A stretch of 52,735 nucleotides of DNA from a phage. Made by a program: the position numbers and the translations under genes. Positions 9,863-20,038 of the stretch are shown piece by piece. The stretch lies in the sequence record PZ662386.1. One strand, written 5' to 3'. Within the stretch, counting starts at the first letter, position 1. The number at the start of each line of letters is the position of its first letter. The notes beneath the pieces are model-generated. The model did not search any database. It was given only the letters and a program-made list of their open reading frames with translations, and had not been told where the DNA came from.

Positions 9863-10318
9863 GTGAAACAATATTCTTTCTATAATACCGACCTCATTAT
9901 CGACGGTGCTCGTGTAGATGGTTTTACCTCTGGTAACTCTATCATCACTGCTCGTCGTAACGCACCTCAACACCTGCCTGTTATTGACGCGTATGGTAAG
10001 TTGGCTGTAGCTACTACGGCTGACTTATCTGGTACTATTACCTTCCCGCTTCTGCAAACCGCAGACTGGAACGAAATCCTGTACAGCCGTGCTCAGTTAT
10101 CTCAGGCAACTGGTCTGTCTGGCAACAAATCTCTGTGGCAACCGCTCCAGATTCAGATTGTTGACAAGATGGGTGATGTGCTGGTCAACGGTGTAAACGG
10201 CGCTATCTTGCAGCAACCTGCAATTCAGCGTGGTGTGTCCTTCACGTCTAACGTGTGGTCTATCTTTGTAGAGCGCCTCCAGATTAAGACTGGCTCTTAT
10301 CCGGAAATTGGCGTTTAA
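9863..10318 (+). CDS. tail tube protein
   Basis: 151-aa ORF after sheath, GTG start with AAGGTG RBS. Confidence 0.6.
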   Translation: MKQYSFYNTDLIIDGARVDGFTSGNSIITARRNAPQHLPVIDAYGKLAVATTADLSGTITFPLLQTADWNEILYSRAQLSQATGLSGNKSLWQPLQIQIVDKMGDVLVNGVNGAILQQPAIQRGVSFTSNVWSIFVERLQIKTGSYPEIGV

Positions 10319-10329
10319 TTGGAGTAAGT

Positions 10330-10788
10330 ATGGCTTGTGAATTGCTTCAACGTGAATTCACAAACTCCAAAGGCGAAACAGTGTTAGTCGTTGTTCGACA
10401 ATTGTCGGCTTCGGCTGCACTGTCTCTTCACGCGGAGTTGGTAAGCAAGTTAGGCTCACGAGTATTTCCATTCATCGAAGGTAAATATAACTTCGCTGAT
10501 ATTATATACTTGATGCAGCAAGTAGAGCATACCGTATTCACAGAGTTGTTTAAGCGTGTTATCAGCATGCACTCGTCCATAGATGGACAAGAAATCAAAC
10601 CTGCATTATATGATATGCAGTTTAATGGCGAATTGATGTTGTCTTGCCATGTCTTTGCTTTCGTGCTCGAAGCAAACTTCCTTGATTTTTTCAAGCAAGG
10701 GCTCGAAATCAACGAACAGAGACGATTGGAGGCGGAGGAAGCATCCAAGCTGGCAGAGCAGAAGAATTCGAGTCCGGAGACAGTTTAG
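10330..10788 (+). CDS. tail assembly chaperone (short form)
   Basis: 152-aa ORF between tube and tape measure; contains slippery TTTTTTC. Confidence 0.6.
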   Translation: MACELLQREFTNSKGETVLVVVRQLSASAALSLHAELVSKLGSRVFPFIEGKYNFADIIYLMQQVEHTVFTELFKRVISMHSSIDGQEIKPALYDMQFNGELMLSCHVFAFVLEANFLDFFKQGLEINEQRRLEAEEASKLAEQKNSSPETV

Positions 10789-10964
10789 TATCCCTGTTCC
10801 CCGACATAAAATATTTTCTGCATCGTCCTATAATCGAAGACAGTTCTCTCTGCAAGTTACGTGAATTGCAAGATGGAACCTATTCGATTATGGACTTATT
10901 GCTATTCCACGACATTCTCGATTTGCGTAAGAAACTCGAACCAGTAGATGAAGACAATGGCTAA
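10686..10964 (+). CDS. tail assembly chaperone -1 frameshift extension (long form)
   Basis: -1 frame is open from the slippery heptamer T_TTT_TTC (10686-10692), directly after a -1-frame stop (10683-10685), to 10964, overlapping the tape-measure start. Confidence 0.5.
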   Translation, partial: FFQARARNQRTETIGGGGSIQAGRAEEFESGDSLVSLFPDIKYFLHRPIIEDSSLCKLRELQDGTYSIMDLLLFHDILDLRKKLEPVDEDNG

Positions 10965-13900
10965 TCAAAAAGATTTAATGAAGTTGGGCGTTAATGAATT
11001 AATTGCATTAGGCTCTCAAAGCGGTCTGACTTTCCATGCTGGTATGAAGAAGTCGCACATGGTTCAACAACTTAGTGCGAGCGCTGCTTCGGGATGGCTG
11101 GATACAAATGCAGAATTAATGGGTGGGTCATTTGAAGATGACAGTTTAATTACTGAATCTTTGGGTGACTCTTCCATGATTTCAGACGCTGCCCACATTG
11201 CACAAGTGCTTTCAAGTGCTGGCTACACAGAAGCATTTCATGCAGCAATGAATGGCCCATCACACCATGTAGAAGCTGTTCACGCATACATGGAAAGGCT
11301 TGGCGTTAGCACAGATGATGTGTGGATGCACATGCCAAAGCCAAATCCGAACCTGCCGCAAGGTAGCTTCAACATGCTTAATGCCTATATGCGAGATACT
11401 TTGCAAGGGCATCAAGATATTATGCCAGAAATCCCAGGTCATTATGCTGGTGATATTATGGCTGAATACTCCACCAACCGTGGAAACATTGCTGACTCCT
11501 ACAACTACATGGCTCACATGTATGTTGACCGTGAGCAATACAGCAATCATGAACAATACGCAAGAGACATTAGTCGAGTTGCCAAACGTCTGGAACGAGA
11601 GTTACCCTCAGCCTTTAAGGAAGTTGGGTATACATCCGCATCTAATGTAGGAAATAAATCGGCCCCACATATTTCTTACATGGATACACTCCCTCAAATT
11701 GGTTCTCCTTCAATTGTTTCCGGCATTGCACATCCTCGTGCACCTCTTAACGCATCTGGACTTCCTCTTGGTTCTTATGGTTCTGGCATAAATCCAGAAT
11801 ACTCCCTCACTGCATCACTAACTGGTGGCACAGGTTGGAGCGAACCAAGCAAGGCTTTGTATTCTTCTATTAGTGAAGCTGTTAAATCTGCTGCCAAAGT
11901 CTATTCTGGCCCCAAAGGGATGCTGAATACTCGTCACGAAGTATCTGACCGTGACATGATTATGGATAGTGCAACACGCTACACGGATTTGGAAGAAGCC
12001 CGAAGCGGATACGAAAACCTTCGTTCTGAACTTGCAGATGAGCCAGCTTATTCTGCATCAAGTGTTCGAGCTATTCTCGAAAACACTTACGATAAAATGG
12101 ATGCCGAACCTATCAGCATTCCGAAGATGAAGGGAGCTTCACAGCGAGTCGATAAAGATTCGCGGTCAACATCTACAGATTTTACAGCACAACTTGGAGA
12201 GGCCACCAATTGGAACTCTGCAAGAATGCGTCGCGAGGAACTTGCGATTGCAAATATGGATAGTGCTGGATTCCGTGATGTATCAGACTATGGTACAGGA
12301 CGTTCCGAGTCCCCCGTCCGATTCCATGACTTAGAACAGGGTAGCCAAGAGTGGCTGGACTTCCGTAAAAATTATGACATAACTGGCTCAACTGTTGGAA
12401 CCTTCTTAGGAAACAACCCTTACACCCGACCTTGGGCTGGGATGATTGATAAGATTGGTCTATCTCGTAGTAAGGAGCACAGCGATTTCACCAAAAAGAT
12501 GTTCGCTGATGGTCACAGGACGGAAGAAGAAGCACGCGCTCGTGTTGGTAAGGAATTTGGATTCGATATCAAACAAACTGGCGCTATAACAAATGACAAC
12601 TATCCCGCCTTCATGTATTCTCCTGATGGTCTTATTGGGGATGATGCCATTTGGGAGCACAAGAATCCGCAAAGGGCTGGTAAGTTTGCTGACCTTCTTA
12701 AAGGCGACCATCCAGACTACATGGACCAAATTCAATTTGGTTTGCACGTTTCTGGTCGTTCTCGTGCTTTGTTCTCACAAACCATCAACGACGAAACACG
12801 TTCACAATGGATTGAGAAGGACGAAGGATGGTACGAAAGAAACCGAAATCGCCTTGATTCTGTGCTTGGCCGTCTTGATGCTGGGCGAGAGTTTGTTAGA
12901 AACAATGCTGGATTAGAACGAGAAGAGCTAATTGCTGGTGCAAGAAGTGCAATGACTGGTGATGGAATCTGGAAAGATATTCGTCAAAGGTCTACTCGTG
13001 GTTATTCTGCTGCTGCGGGTACTCCAGAAGACCCGTTTATTGGTTCACGTTCTTCGTACAATCCGACACCATCTTACTCCGACTACCAACCAAACTTTGT
13101 AATGCACGAGCAAAACTTTCCTGCAACCACTGGAAATGGTGACACCGGAAATGACTCGATGGCATTGTCTGTTAAGAAGGGTATTCTTGCTGCTCAGGAA
13201 GAAAACAGGCAGAAGGGTATTGGTGCAGATGCAGACTTTGATGGCAAAGCCGATTCAATGGGCTGGAACCGTGAAAGATTTGATGCTGCCAATGGCGGTG
13301 GATATTCTGGAGGTGGTGGTGGTGGTCGTGGCGGCAACTTCACAAGTGGTGGCAACTACTACGATGACTACGGTCGCATGGGTGGTTCGTTAGCTGCTGG
13401 CATTGCTGGTGGCAGTATTGGTTCAGCAACCAACGGAGTTATGCAAGCATTGATGGCAACTCCTGCTGGACGTATGGCTGCTGTAGGCATTGGTGCTATT
13501 CAGATTGGCAATGAAGCTGCTGAATACATGAATGACTTTATCGGCAACTCGCTTGATGCTGGTGTGATAAATCCTAATGAATACTCCTCTATGTCGCAAG
13601 GCTTGGAGATGTTGGGACTCAACTCACAACAAGCGGCACGTCTGAATCAAACCACACATAGTGCCTACAACACCATGCTTAACGGCGACCCCAGCGCCGC
13701 TGTGAACATCGTTCGCGGCAGTAGGGGATTGCTCACCATAGGTGATATTCGTGCGACAGGCGGCGACCCTGTGGCCCTGGCTCGCATCATGCAGGAAAGG
13801 GGCAAGGAGCGTGGCTGGAGTCAGGCCCGTATCGCAGGTGCTGCCGAAATGGCTGGCCTACAGGGTATGGCGAGAGCATACGACCGCACGGAATACAGCC

Positions 13901-14676
13901 ATGAGCAAGCTGGCTCGGTGGTAGAAGCGGGTAGAAACTCCGACTTTGCCGAAGGTATGGCCCAATCGGAAATGTTGCAGGGAAGCCGCGCACGGATGCT
14001 GCCGAGCTATAACGTGCCACAAAGTGTCTTATCTAATGGTGCTCCAATCTTCGAAGCTGGAAGTGCTGCACTTGACGGTGCTCGTACTGGATACAATCAG
14101 GCTCGTGAATTTGCTGGAAGTGTTTATGACTTTATCGCTCAGGAAGAATCCGGTGGTCGTGAATACAACAAGGATGGTTCTCGTGTAATAAGTCGCACTG
14201 GTGCTCGTGGGATAATGCAGATTCTACCTTCGACTGCCCGTGACCCAGGATTTGGAATCAGGCCGTCTGATGGAACTCCGGAAGATGATGCACGAGTTGG
14301 TCGTGAATACTATGACGCAATGTACAAGCGTTATGGCGACCACGAGAAGGCAATGGCTGCTTACACCGATGGTCCTGGCACTGTTGACAAAGCTGTTGAT
14401 AAGAATGGGTTGGATTGGCTTACTGCTGTTCCTGCACAGGCACAGAATCGCGTCAAAGCATTCCGTGAATGGTCCAAGTCTTCTAAATCTTTGGAAGAAG
14501 GTGCTACAGGGTTTACTCGCAATGGAATGTCATACGGTCAAACCCAAACTGTTGTTAATGTTAAGATTGATGCTAAGGTCAACAACCAGACTGCTTCTGC
14601 TACAGTTGCAATTCCTGGTGGTCAGACTGTGACTCAACAAATGAACATGAACAACGGTGCGCAACAAAGACGTTAA
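10948..14676 (+). CDS. tape-measure-position protein with lambda-exonuclease/YqaJ-like nuclease domain and C-terminal SLT lytic transglycosylase domain
   Basis: Follows the frameshifted chaperone; motifs QGSQEWLDFRKNYDITGS and SPDGLIGDDAIWEHKNP (lambda exo type), Gly-rich linker, SLT-like EESGG...GARGIMQI; Rho_N-like N-terminus. Confidence 0.7.
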   Translation: MKTMANQKDLMKLGVNELIALGSQSGLTFHAGMKKSHMVQQLSASAASGWLDTNAELMGGSFEDDSLITESLGDSSMISDAAHIAQVLSSAGYTEAFHAAMNGPSHHVEAVHAYMERLGVSTDDVWMHMPKPNPNLPQGSFNMLNAYMRDTLQGHQDIMPEIPGHYAGDIMAEYSTNRGNIADSYNYMAHMYVDREQYSNHEQYARDISRVAKRLERELPSAFKEVGYTSASNVGNKSAPHISYMDTLPQIGSPSIVSGIAHPRAPLNASGLPLGSYGSGINPEYSLTASLTGGTGWSEPSKALYSSISEAVKSAAKVYSGPKGMLNTRHEVSDRDMIMDSATRYTDLEEARSGYENLRSELADEPAYSASSVRAILENTYDKMDAEPISIPKMKGASQRVDKDSRSTSTDFTAQLGEATNWNSARMRREELAIANMDSAGFRDVSDYGTGRSESPVRFHDLEQGSQEWLDFRKNYDITGSTVGTFLGNNPYTRPWAGMIDKIGLSRSKEHSDFTKKMFADGHRTEEEARARVGKEFGFDIKQTGAITNDNYPAFMYSPDGLIGDDAIWEHKNPQRAGKFADLLKGDHPDYMDQIQFGLHVSGRSRALFSQTINDETRSQWIEKDEGWYERNRNRLDSVLGRLDAGREFVRNNAGLEREELIAGARSAMTGDGIWKDIRQRSTRGYSAAAGTPEDPFIGSRSSYNPTPSYSDYQPNFVMHEQNFPATTGNGDTGNDSMALSVKKGILAAQEENRQKGIGADADFDGKADSMGWNRERFDAANGGGYSGGGGGGRGGNFTSGGNYYDDYGRMGGSLAAGIAGGSIGSATNGVMQALMATPAGRMAAVGIGAIQIGNEAAEYMNDFIGNSLDAGVINPNEYSSMSQGLEMLGLNSQQAARLNQTTHSAYNTMLNGDPSAAVNIVRGSRGLLTIGDIRATGGDPVALARIMQERGKERGWSQARIAGAAEMAGLQGMARAYDRTEYSHEQAGSVVEAGRNSDFAEGMAQSEMLQGSRARMLPSYNVPQSVLSNGAPIFEAGSAALDGARTGYNQAREFAGSVYDFIAQEESGGREYNKDGSRVISRTGARGIMQILPSTARDPGFGIRPSDGTPEDDARVGREYYDAMYKRYGDHEKAMAAYTDGPGTVDKAVDKNGLDWLTAVPAQAQNRVKAFREWSKSSKSLEEGATGFTRNGMSYGQTQTVVNVKIDAKVNNQTASATVAIPGGQTVTQQMNMNNGAQQRR

Positions 14677-14681
14677 TGAGT

Positions 14682-14697
14682 TGGGGAGAAATCCCCA
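14682..14697 (+). other. stem-loop with GAAA tetraloop after tape-measure gene
   Basis: TGGGGA GAAA TCCCCA perfect hairpin. Confidence 0.3.
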
Positions 14698-14707
14698 GCT
14701 TACTTTA

Positions 14708-14725
14708 ACATTAGTTGAATATGTA
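14708..14725 (+). promoter_or_regulatory. degenerate copy of the conserved promoter-like motif
   Basis: ACATTAGTTGaATaTGtA matches the ACATTAGTTGGATGTGAA family in its 5' half; 24 nt upstream of the next gene. Confidence 0.25.
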
Positions 14726-14748
14726 TTAATTTCAATAGGTATATTGCA

Positions 14749-15858
14749 ATGCCGTGGCTACGCAGAGTTGAGGTAATAGTTTCACGTAAAGAAGACCCAA
14801 GCATTCGAACAATATTTAAATCACATCGTATTGATTTTGAAGTTCGTTCTACTGTTGGGTGGCCCGCCGATACAGCAAACATAACTCTGTTTAACTTGTC
14901 ATTAGAAGAAGTTAAGTTCCTCCAGGACAAGACCTACGGAGATATGTATATTGAAATTCGTGCAGGGTATGCAGAAGATGAGCGTTCGGACTCTGGTGGT
15001 GGAACCTCTAGTGGCGGTGTTAAGAAGTTTGGTCAAAAGGCCGAACAGAGCGACCGCGTAACAGTGTCTACATCACTACCAACCATCTTCTCTGGGATTA
15101 TTACAAACGCAGTTGGCTACAGAAAGCCTCCTGAACATGTAACACAATTGTTTTGTATTTCCAAGGCATATGGTGCATCCACTGATTTCAAACAGTTGAC
15201 TGCAATCAAGCCTGGAACCAAGCTCATTGATGCAATGCGCTCAATGTGTTCTGACTATGGATTCAATACCATCTCCACATTTGGTGTTGAAGATTCGGTC
15301 CTTGAAACAGTGATGCCTCGTGGGCGTGTGTTCCATGACACATTCTTAAACGAATTTCGTAACATGCTTGGCGAATACAATTTGTTGTACACTGTTACAA
15401 CTGGTGAAGTGCAAATCTTCCCAGATACCTTTGGTGATAAAGATGCTGTAAACAGAATGTCTAAAGACAGAGAGCCAGTCCAGCTGGATGAAGACTCTGT
15501 TATTGGCAACCCTGTTGCTGGAATCTGCACCTACACTTTAAATACATTCCTAAACCCATCTTTCCAACCAGGTATGATTCTTGATGTATCTCCTTTGCTC
15601 GGTAAGAAGTTGCTTGCTAACGGTGTAACTTCTGTCAATGGTGAAGGTATTGTTCTTAACACTGACCAGTCTGTATTCCGTTGGGCTGTGGAAGACAAAT
15701 ACTTCATCATGGAAGTTGTGCATAGAGGTTCAACTCACACAACCATTTATCAAACATCAATCACTGCAATCTTGGGTGGCAACACAATGATGGGTGGTAA
15801 GGAAGCTGCGTGGCAGGAAATGTATGCTAACAGTGGAATGGCAATGGAGTCATTTTAA
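14749..15858 (+). CDS. baseplate / tail protein (putative)
   Basis: 369-aa ORF directly after tape measure; Gly-rich segment; call by position. Confidence 0.45.
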   Translation: MPWLRRVEVIVSRKEDPSIRTIFKSHRIDFEVRSTVGWPADTANITLFNLSLEEVKFLQDKTYGDMYIEIRAGYAEDERSDSGGGTSSGGVKKFGQKAEQSDRVTVSTSLPTIFSGIITNAVGYRKPPEHVTQLFCISKAYGASTDFKQLTAIKPGTKLIDAMRSMCSDYGFNTISTFGVEDSVLETVMPRGRVFHDTFLNEFRNMLGEYNLLYTVTTGEVQIFPDTFGDKDAVNRMSKDREPVQLDEDSVIGNPVAGICTYTLNTFLNPSFQPGMILDVSPLLGKKLLANGVTSVNGEGIVLNTDQSVFRWAVEDKYFIMEVVHRGSTHTTIYQTSITAILGGNTMMGGKEAAWQEMYANSGMAMESF

Positions 15859-16745
15859 TGTCTATCTTTGATACCGACCTCATTGGTGGTGTGTCCTCTG
15901 GATTGAAGAATTTCAGCTACGGGCATCATCCATCTATTGTTATGTGGTCCAATGGACCTGCATCTCAGAAAGAAGAGGAGTCAGGACTGTTTGGTGGGTT
16001 TGCGAAATCTCTTGAGAGCTTGCCTATTGTTGGTGAATCTGCCGTCGAAAGTTTTAACTCCTTTAAATTCGATGCTATGGTTAGTGAAGAACACGCATCG
16101 GAAACAACTGTAACCAAGTTCCCCGTTAGTTCTGGGTTCCTGGTTAGCGACCATGTTATTAACCAGAACAGGGTACTTAAGTTAACCGCTGTTGCTGTCA
16201 ACATGCAGAACTCCTCCATGTGGACTGCATCTGTACAAGGTTTGTCTGTTGCTTCTGGTGCAATCTTCAATAGTCCGGTTATCCCAATTCTTGGTGGCAT
16301 TGCTGGTGGCGTTGCTTCTGCATTTGAAACAAGCAACCGAATCCAGTCTACCTACGATTTGTTTAACAGCTTCCGTGTTACGGGGCAGAAGTTATACATC
16401 TCCACCATTCTGGGGCCTTATTTGAATTGCGTAGTAACCTCAATCAAAACCAAACATGATAAAATGTCTTCTGCAATGTTGGCAGTTGAAATTATGTTTG
16501 AGGAATTGCAGACAGTTGATGAAGATGCTCTTGCCAGCGAAGCTCGTAAAGCAATGGAATCAATGTCTGACTACTCTGAATTTGCAAAGGTTGCTCAAAG
16601 TTTGGGGATGGGTGTTCTTGGAGGTGTTCCGCTTCCTGGACTTGGTGCTCTTGGCACCCTTCCGACCAAACAGTTATCCAACTTGAAAGGTAAGTTGAGT
16701 AAGCTGGCTTCTCCACTTTCTTCTATCAAGGGGCGTATCCTATGA
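15858..16745 (+). CDS. baseplate protein (putative)
   Basis: 295-aa ORF in baseplate block, start overlaps upstream stop. Confidence 0.4.
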   Translation: MSIFDTDLIGGVSSGLKNFSYGHHPSIVMWSNGPASQKEEESGLFGGFAKSLESLPIVGESAVESFNSFKFDAMVSEEHASETTVTKFPVSSGFLVSDHVINQNRVLKLTAVAVNMQNSSMWTASVQGLSVASGAIFNSPVIPILGGIAGGVASAFETSNRIQSTYDLFNSFRVTGQKLYISTILGPYLNCVVTSIKTKHDKMSSAMLAVEIMFEELQTVDEDALASEARKAMESMSDYSEFAKVAQSLGMGVLGGVPLPGLGALGTLPTKQLSNLKGKLSKLASPLSSIKGRIL

Positions 16746-17104
16746 TTGAGCAGGAACATCAAGCTCTAAAGCAAATTGCCGAACTTCTGCCAACCGGATA
16801 TGTGAAGAGTGTGCCTTACAGCATAAGGAAGGATGTATCGTTTGAGTTTAATGGTGTGACAGTTAAAATGTCTGCACTGTACTTAAACGAACCTCTAAAC
16901 TGCTACATGTTTGACTTGGCGTGGGGAGCTACGAATAAAATATTCGGAATCCCTATTCGATGCGGTATTGATATTCTTAAGCAATACAAGACTCCGCTTC
17001 CAAACATGTATGCAGCTAACACAGTATTCCCTGGTGAAGAAATAACAAGCTACCGACAACTCTACCTATTCATTATTGACGAGAGTGTACTCGAACGTGG
17101 CTAG
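16742..17104 (+). CDS. hypothetical tail protein
   Basis: 120-aa ORF, overlap-coupled. Confidence 0.4.
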   Translation: MIEQEHQALKQIAELLPTGYVKSVPYSIRKDVSFEFNGVTVKMSALYLNEPLNCYMFDLAWGATNKIFGIPIRCGIDILKQYKTPLPNMYAANTVFPGEEITSYRQLYLFIIDESVLERG

Positions 17105-17891
17105 TCATAACAATAACCAAAATGCCCCCGATATTAACACAAGTTATCCAGGGCACATTTACAACTTCGATGAAGCAACCCAAACTTGTGAGGTCCAGCT
17201 TGCAATCGAAAACCTGTTTGTGGGTTATGCCGAAGCCTACACCTTGCAGCCAAAACAAAGGTTGCAGGGTGTTCCTGTGCAGTTTATCCAGGGTGGCGGT
17301 TGGAGTTTAACTCATCCGGTTCCAGATGGTACTCCATGCTACGTCCATTTCTCCCAACGAGGAATAGACCATTGGCTGTCAGAGAACAAGAGCAGTGCTG
17401 GCTTAGTAAACGGGCGACCTGCCCCAGAGTTCAGCCAGCTGTTCTCCCATAATGCTGCCGTATGTACTATCGGGACTCAACCTTTGACCAAAGTTATTCC
17501 AGGATTTAATGGTGGAGTAACAGAACTGCGCAACGCAGATAGGAGCCAAAGACTAACACTGCACGGTGATGGCTTAATTGAAATCATCACTGGTGCTGCG
17601 AAGATTCAAATCACAAAAGATTCGGAGATTCTGGTTGAAGTTACGTCGCAAGCTACAGTTAAAGCGCCGCAGATTACATTGGATGGCGATACGACCGTTA
17701 CAAAATCCTTAACAGTGATGGGCGGCATGGCTGTATCTGGAACCAAAGATGGCTCCACTGCAACGTTCACTGGCGACTTTAAGATGGATGGTAACATGGT
17801 TCAAACTGGTTCCCTCACTCTTAATGGTATTAAGGTTGATGGTCACACTCACACTAACCCAGAAGGCGGCGATGTTGGGCCGATGAAATAA
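17076..17891 (+). CDS. baseplate central spike protein (gpV-like)
   Basis: C-terminal GIKVDGHTHTNPEGGD with HxH motif typical of spike tips; non-ATG start (TTG 17076, or GTG 17085/17097). Confidence 0.55.
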   Translation: MTRVYSNVASHNNNQNAPDINTSYPGHIYNFDEATQTCEVQLAIENLFVGYAEAYTLQPKQRLQGVPVQFIQGGGWSLTHPVPDGTPCYVHFSQRGIDHWLSENKSSAGLVNGRPAPEFSQLFSHNAAVCTIGTQPLTKVIPGFNGGVTELRNADRSQRLTLHGDGLIEIITGAAKIQITKDSEILVEVTSQATVKAPQITLDGDTTVTKSLTVMGGMAVSGTKDGSTATFTGDFKMDGNMVQTGSLTLNGIKVDGHTHTNPEGGDVGPMK

Positions 17892-18262
17892 TGGCTGGAA
17901 ATTTAGCTCTTGATTCAAACCACGACATTATTATCGGTCGTGGAACAACTCGTATTTCAGGTGCTGCTCAAGTCGCTCAATTGGTTAAGTGCAGGTTGCT
18001 GACAATCTTCGGAGAATGGAAGCTCGACAATTCGTTGGGCTTGCCGTGGTTCGAAGCAATCTTCACAAAGCAAGTACGTCCCTCGGATATTGAGGCAGCA
18101 ATAGCCAACATTATCCGTGGAACTGCTGGTGTCCAGCAACTTATATCCATAGATATTGATGCAGACTACCGAGCAAGAAGCCTTGGAATCTCCTTTACTG
18201 CATTGTCTGATTATGGCAACATCACGGAATTCTTAACATGGCAACAATCAAATACGGCGTAA
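17891..18262 (+). CDS. baseplate protein (gpW / gp25-like)
   Basis: 123-aa ORF immediately after the spike gene; size and position. Confidence 0.5.
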   Translation: MAGNLALDSNHDIIIGRGTTRISGAAQVAQLVKCRLLTIFGEWKLDNSLGLPWFEAIFTKQVRPSDIEAAIANIIRGTAGVQQLISIDIDADYRARSLGISFTALSDYGNITEFLTWQQSNTA

Positions 18263-19395
18263 CAGAGAACGGTTTTGTTCGCAAGCCTGTGGCCGACGTT
18301 GTATCAAGTCTTAATAACAAATTCATTGCTGCATTTGGTTCCAACTTTGATATAAGTCCGGAATCTCCTGACGGGCAATATATTGGAATTATGGCCGATG
18401 AAATCGCCTCGTGCTGGGAACAGGCTGAACAAGTATTTAACGCATTCCGTCCAGGTGCTGTATCAGGAATTGGGCTAGACAACGTTTGTGAATTAACAAA
18501 TACTGTTCGATATGTTGACAAGCCTTCTCAAGCAACAGTCTTGTGCGATGGTGATATGGGAACTACTGTTCCTGCTGGTTCTATCGTAACGGATGGCACC
18601 ATGCGCTTTATTCTCGACACAGATGTAACACTTCCAGGTGACGTAACTGTTATTGCAGAGGAGCCTGGTGAGTATTATGTCGCACCGAGAACCATCAACC
18701 AAATCGTAACTCCAGTTGCCGGATGGAATTCTGTAATTAACGAAACAGTTGGCGAGACTGGTATTAACTATGAATCAGACCCACAACTCCGAGCACGTCG
18801 AGAAAAGACTACGGCAGTCAGCAGCACAGCCACAGTCGAAGCCATCTATGCTTCACTCGCTGACCTCGATATTGATTACATTCGTGTTCGTGATAATGAT
18901 ACCGGCTCTCCTATTGGCAATCAGCCTTCGGGCACTGTATTTGTTGTAGTTGATGGCGGTACGAGCAATGATATTGCCCGTCGAATCTACAATGCCAAAA
19001 CTGGCGGAGTTCCGACATATGGCGATATCACAATTACTGTAGCAGACTCGAAAGGCTACCCACACGATATTCATTTCAGCCGACCAACTTACACCGACAT
19101 TTATGTCAAAGGTACATTCCGTCGTCGTGCAAATGCCAACATAAGTTCGAACGATGCTATTCGTCAGCTTACAGATGCAACCATTGAATATCTCAACTCC
19201 CTGCAACCAGGGCAGAGTGTGGTATGGTCCAACATGTTTGCCCCTATCATGGCTGCAACACAGTATCTTGAAATTGATTCGCTGTTTATTGGTATTGCAC
19301 CAAACCCAACTGGCATAGCAACGATAGAATTGGATATCGACAAACGTGCTCGCGGGGTTGCTGCTAACATAACTTACACTGATGTGACGGTATAA
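18238..19395 (+). CDS. baseplate J-like protein
   Basis: 385-aa ORF following gpW-like gene; size and order. Confidence 0.5.
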   Translation: MATIKYGVTENGFVRKPVADVVSSLNNKFIAAFGSNFDISPESPDGQYIGIMADEIASCWEQAEQVFNAFRPGAVSGIGLDNVCELTNTVRYVDKPSQATVLCDGDMGTTVPAGSIVTDGTMRFILDTDVTLPGDVTVIAEEPGEYYVAPRTINQIVTPVAGWNSVINETVGETGINYESDPQLRARREKTTAVSSTATVEAIYASLADLDIDYIRVRDNDTGSPIGNQPSGTVFVVVDGGTSNDIARRIYNAKTGGVPTYGDITITVADSKGYPHDIHFSRPTYTDIYVKGTFRRRANANISSNDAIRQLTDATIEYLNSLQPGQSVVWSNMFAPIMAATQYLEIDSLFIGIAPNPTGIATIELDIDKRARGVAANITYTDVTV

Positions 19396-19396
19396 T

Positions 19397-20038
19397 ATGG
19401 CTGGTAAACATGGCTTAGATATGCTGCTTTCACAGTATGCACTATCGCCAAACCTTCGTAAGTATATTTCAATCTTCTTAGAAGAGTTTGCAGAAGTTAA
19501 ACAGGCCATGACTGACTCAGTTAAGTACAGATACTTAGCAGATTCGTTCGGAGTCATGGTTGACGACCTTGCGTATATTGTGGGAGCTTCTCGTGTAATA
19601 CAAGGTGCTGCGGCACTTGGGTACTTTGGCTTCTACGCCAACCCAGGTGCATTTCCTGCTGGCGATGACAACGACCCAGGTATTGGTGGTATTCTGAAAT
19701 CAGATTACGACAAAGACTCTGGGGACTTTGTTCGAACAGACGGGCAGTTAAAGGATGCAATACGTGCCCGAATCATTAAGATAACTGGCAACTGCACCAT
19801 TGAACAGCTTATCATGTATATTGAGTTGGTCGTAGGAAGGGAACTGAAACTCCAAATCGTAGAAGGGTTTCAGACAATGGACTACATTATTCATGAAGAG
19901 TTGTCTGTGGCTGAGAAAGTTCTCATGGCCTACATGCTCCCGAACTTTAAGCCTGTTGGAGTTAAGATTACCCTAAGAGATACTAAAGGTAACATTGCTC
20001 TGGTTTATGGTTCCAAAGATTATCCTCCGGAGAAATAA
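19397..20038 (+). CDS. baseplate / tail-fibre-associated protein (putative)
   Basis: 213-aa ORF in baseplate block. Confidence 0.4.
   Translation: MAGKHGLDMLLSQYALSPNLRKYISIFLEEFAEVKQAMTDSVKYRYLADSFGVMVDDLAYIVGASRVIQGAAALGYFGFYANPGAFPAGDDNDPGIGGILKSDYDKDSGDFVRTDGQLKDAIRARIIKITGNCTIEQLIMYIELVVGRELKLQIVEGFQTMDYIIHEELSVAEKVLMAYMLPNFKPVGVKITLRDTKGNIALVYGSKDYPPEK

Noticed and set aside
10649-10864. +1-frame ORF overlapping the end of the tail assembly chaperone
   Set aside because: The -1 frame, not the +1 frame, opens exactly at the slippery TTTTTTC and runs into the tape-measure start; the +1 ORF encodes an Arg-rich low-complexity product
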